The notes beneath the pieces are model-generated. The model did not search any database. It was not told where the DNA came from and saw only the letters and a program-made list of their open reading frames with translations. 45,072 nt of DNA from a virus (Duplodnaviria; Caudoviricetes): the IMG/VR virus record IMGVR_UViG_3300038393_000428, positions 1 to 45,072 of that record, one strand, 5' to 3'. Shown here in pieces: positions 42,849 through 45,072 of this stretch; within the stretch, counting starts at the first letter, position 1; each line of letters opens with the position of its first letter. A program made the position numbers and the translations under genes.

Positions 42849-43012
42849 GCGACCGCAGCCCCGAGCTTCGACCAGATTTTCCGGTGTTGCTCGATCTTGC
42901 TCTGCGCGATGACGCGGAGAAGGGAGACGCGACGGAAGCCCTTGGTCGGGTGGTAGGACACGGCGGCGAGCGCGTTCGTGTCCCGCAAGCGGCGCTTGCT
43001 GGATGATGCCAT
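42845..43012 (-). CDS. Small basic protein (55 aa, HPTKGFRR motif)
   Basis: Follows a phage promoter; GGAG RBS. Confidence 0.7.
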   Translation of the reverse strand: MASSSKRRLRDTNALAAVSYHPTKGFRRVSLLRVIAQSKIEQHRKIWSKLGAAVA

Positions 43013-43042
43013 TGATATTGCTCCGATTGTGGCGAGCGTTCT

Positions 43043-43065
43043 CTCGCCGATGGTGGGGGTTAATT
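43043..43065 (-). promoter_or_regulatory. Phage promoter (AATTAACCCCCACCATCGGCGAG)
   Basis: Exact motif copy; its TAA ends the upstream ORF. Confidence 0.9.
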
Positions 43066-43191
43066 GCCCCAAGGCTGCGGGGAGTTCGGCGCTGCGCGGT
43101 GATCGCCGAGGATCGTGACGACGCCGCTGTTCTCAGCGACTTGACGTGCGATGCGGGCCGCAGCCTCGCGGCTGACGTTGAGGTTCTTCAT
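43060..43191 (-). CDS. Small hypothetical protein (43 aa, MKNLNVSREAA...)
   Basis: AAGGA RBS; fills the gap. Confidence 0.7.
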   Translation of the reverse strand: MKNLNVSREAAARIARQVAENSGVVTILGDHRAAPNSPQPWGN

Positions 43192-43209
43192 TTGGTTGTT
43201 CCTTTTGGT

Positions 43210-43665
43210 TCAGCGAGCGAAGCTGGCTTGGAGATCAGCGATCATGCGGTCGCAGCGGGCTAGGTTCTTCGACGCGCCGCTGGACGCCCATCGGCGGTTC
43301 TGTGCGGCCCATGCTTCGGCGGCTTGGGCGCGATCTTCGAGGAAGAGCCGGTGCGACCGGAGGGCCAGCAACAGCATGTGGCGATCTGCGACAGACAAGC
43401 CTTCTTCCGGCTCCTTCTGGTGGAGCGCGGGCGGAGCCTTCGGGCGCACGGCCTTGCGCTCTGGCACGTTGATCAGGTCCCTCGGCGTCTCGATTGTCTG
43501 ATCACGACCGCCGCCGGTCGACCGCCAGCGCGCCGCCTTCTTACCCGACGGGCCATGGATGAAGCCGTGGATCGGCCAACCGAAGGAGACGTCGATGGGG
43601 AGGATGCGGGTGATGGTGACGCGGCGACCGTCACGGGTCTGCAGCGGCTTGTTCAAGTCGATCAT
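43210..43665 (-). CDS. Hypothetical protein with N-terminal DLNKPLQTRDG module
   Basis: Follows a phage promoter; AAGGAG RBS. Confidence 0.8.
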   Translation of the reverse strand: MIDLNKPLQTRDGRRVTITRILPIDVSFGWPIHGFIHGPSGKKAARWRSTGGGRDQTIETPRDLINVPERKAVRPKAPPALHQKEPEEGLSVADRHMLLLALRSHRLFLEDRAQAAEAWAAQNRRWASSGASKNLARCDRMIADLQASFAR

Positions 43666-43700
43666 CGTTTGCTCCTTGGAAATCGGGGCCGAGGTGTTCC

Positions 43701-43723
43701 CTCGCCGATGGTGGGGGTTAATC
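43701..43723 (-). promoter_or_regulatory. Phage promoter after RNAP (GATTAACCCCCACCATCGGCGAG)
   Basis: 22/23 match to the motif. Confidence 0.9.
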
Positions 43724-43755
43724 CCTCGACCCCGAGATACTCATGTTAATCGAAG

Positions 43756-45072
43756 TTATGCGAACGTGTAGGACGCACTACGGATCAGGTTCAGATCGAG
43801 CGATCCGACCTTGGGAGGCTCCGGCAGCTGTGCCGCCAGTTCCTCACCCAGCTGGTCCTTGAGTTCCTCGTAGAGGCGTTCGAGGACGTTCTCGCTGTAC
43901 TGCTCGACGAAGGTGTCGCGCAGGATCGCGGAGAGTTGGGCCGTGTGAGCCGCGTGGGTGCCGAAGCTGTCGTGGATCACCGCCAGATGCCGGATGCCCT
44001 GCTCCTTGCAGCGCAGAGCGACCGCTTGGAGGTGCGAGGCGTCCAGCGAGTGGACGAAGTTCGGAGCCACACCGTTGGCTTGGGCCCGACTGTCGATCCC
44101 CTCGTCGTCGACCTGAACGACCAGCTTCACTCGCTGCCCGCACCAGTGGGTGTCGACGCGGTGACCCTTCTGCGTCTTGTACTCCTGCAGGATCGGCAGA
44201 CCCATCGGGGTCGTCCACCACAGGGGCATGGACTCAGACGAGGCCACCTTCGCTGCCTCGCGCAGCCAATCCATCGCGGTGGCAGCTGCGGAAACAGTCA
44301 TGCTAATCGAACTATACACCACGTGAGAGAGCCACATGGCGCAGTGGTAGTTGTCCGCACCGCCGAGGTACGGCCCCTCCCCTTGCGCCTCGCGCTCGCG
44401 ATCCAGCTCCTTGAGGGTCTGGTGGATCATCGCCTGCATCCCGAACCGCGTGGCCGAGTAGCAGTAGGTCATGGTCGGGCGCTTCACGATTGCCCGGGTC
44501 ACCTTGCCGTTCCTCCAAGGGTTGTCGATGGTGACGGTCTCGCCGTTCATCTTGTCCTCGTAGGTGATCGTTGGGGTGCTGTCGGCAATCGCCTGCGCCT
44601 GCCGTCCGACGGCCATGTAGACGTCCTGCGGCTTCTCCGAGGGGAGAAGGTTCACAGCACGACCACCGTCCTCGTCACGGAGCATCGCAGAGAAGTGCTG
44701 CAGGCCCGAGCAGGACCCGTCCAGCGCCACAGGGATGCGGCTGACGTAGATCTTCGGGTCGCCCGAGTTGAACGCCTCCGCGAACTCGATGCAGGCCGCG
44801 AGGGCACAGTACGGGCTGTCGGCAGTCGTCCAGAAGCGCTGCCCGTCGAGCGGGTTCTCGCCGCTGTCCATGATCGCCTCAAGGTTCTCCGCTACCCAGG
44901 CGCAGCGGTCCTCGAAGCTGACCTTGTCCACGCCGAACAGGTTGGCGATGTGGATGTTCAGCCAGCGGAACCCTTGGGCCCCGAGGGGGATGCCGTGAGC
45001 GAACTCGAGCAGCCCCTTCTGCCAATCGCAGCCTTGCGGCGACGGGCCGAACGAGGGGATCGGGTACACCCG
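43756..45072 (-). CDS. T7-like RNA polymerase, C-terminal catalytic part
   Basis: LDGSCSGLQH (A), KRPTMTYCY (B), IHDSFGT (C), PNFVHSLDA, SYTFA end. Confidence 0.97.
   Translation of the reverse strand, partial: RVYPIPSFGPSPQGCDWQKGLLEFAHGIPLGAQGFRWLNIHIANLFGVDKVSFEDRCAWVAENLEAIMDSGENPLDGQRFWTTADSPYCALAACIEFAEAFNSGDPKIYVSRIPVALDGSCSGLQHFSAMLRDEDGGRAVNLLPSEKPQDVYMAVGRQAQAIADSTPTITYEDKMNGETVTIDNPWRNGKVTRAIVKRPTMTYCYSATRFGMQAMIHQTLKELDREREAQGEGPYLGGADNYHCAMWLSHVVYSSISMTVSAAATAMDWLREAAKVASSESMPLWWTTPMGLPILQEYKTQKGHRVDTHWCGQRVKLVVQVDDEGIDSRAQANGVAPNFVHSLDASHLQAVALRCKEQGIRHLAVIHDSFGTHAAHTAQLSAILRDTFVEQYSENVLERLYEELKDQLGEELAAQLPEPPKVGSLDLNLIRSASYTFA

Noticed and set aside
44450-44490. RNAP motif B ends YS instead of YG
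   Set aside because: Catalytic Lys, Tyr and both Asp motifs are intact; likely a lineage variant rather than inactivation

Overview
The window is an apparently complete, circularly permuted genome of a high-GC T7-like podophage (Autographiviridae) with temperate features. Positions 1-144 repeat 44929-45072 with one synonymous mismatch, so the unique circle is 44,928 bp and the RNA polymerase gene is split across the ends. Nearly all genes are on the minus strand. Order of transcription: host sigma70-type promoter (~8417-8445); ~330-nt structured leader; early genes (Cys-rich GP88-like protein, small proteins, cytosine methyltransferase, trypsin-like protease); two winged-helix regulators (one MarR-like); tyrosine integrase; probable attP; phage promoter; RNA polymerase; replication genes (SSB, RusA, amidase, primase-helicase, dNTP diphosphohydrolase, PolA, HNH, a spanin/membrane cassette, exonuclease); virion genes; terminase. 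Six copies of a T3-like 23-bp phage promoter are visible, one inverted. Most worth follow-up: two structured non-coding regions (the early leader, and the scaffold-capsid interval with complementary hairpin loops), the recombination/feedback lysis-lysogeny switch with a recurring TTCGA(G/T)TA motif, an early protease, an ATG-TGA minigene, a lone antisense membrane microprotein and a podo/sipho chimeric tail fibre. An alphaproteobacterial host is a guess from composition and gene style. All family calls come from motif recognition by eye; no database was searched.
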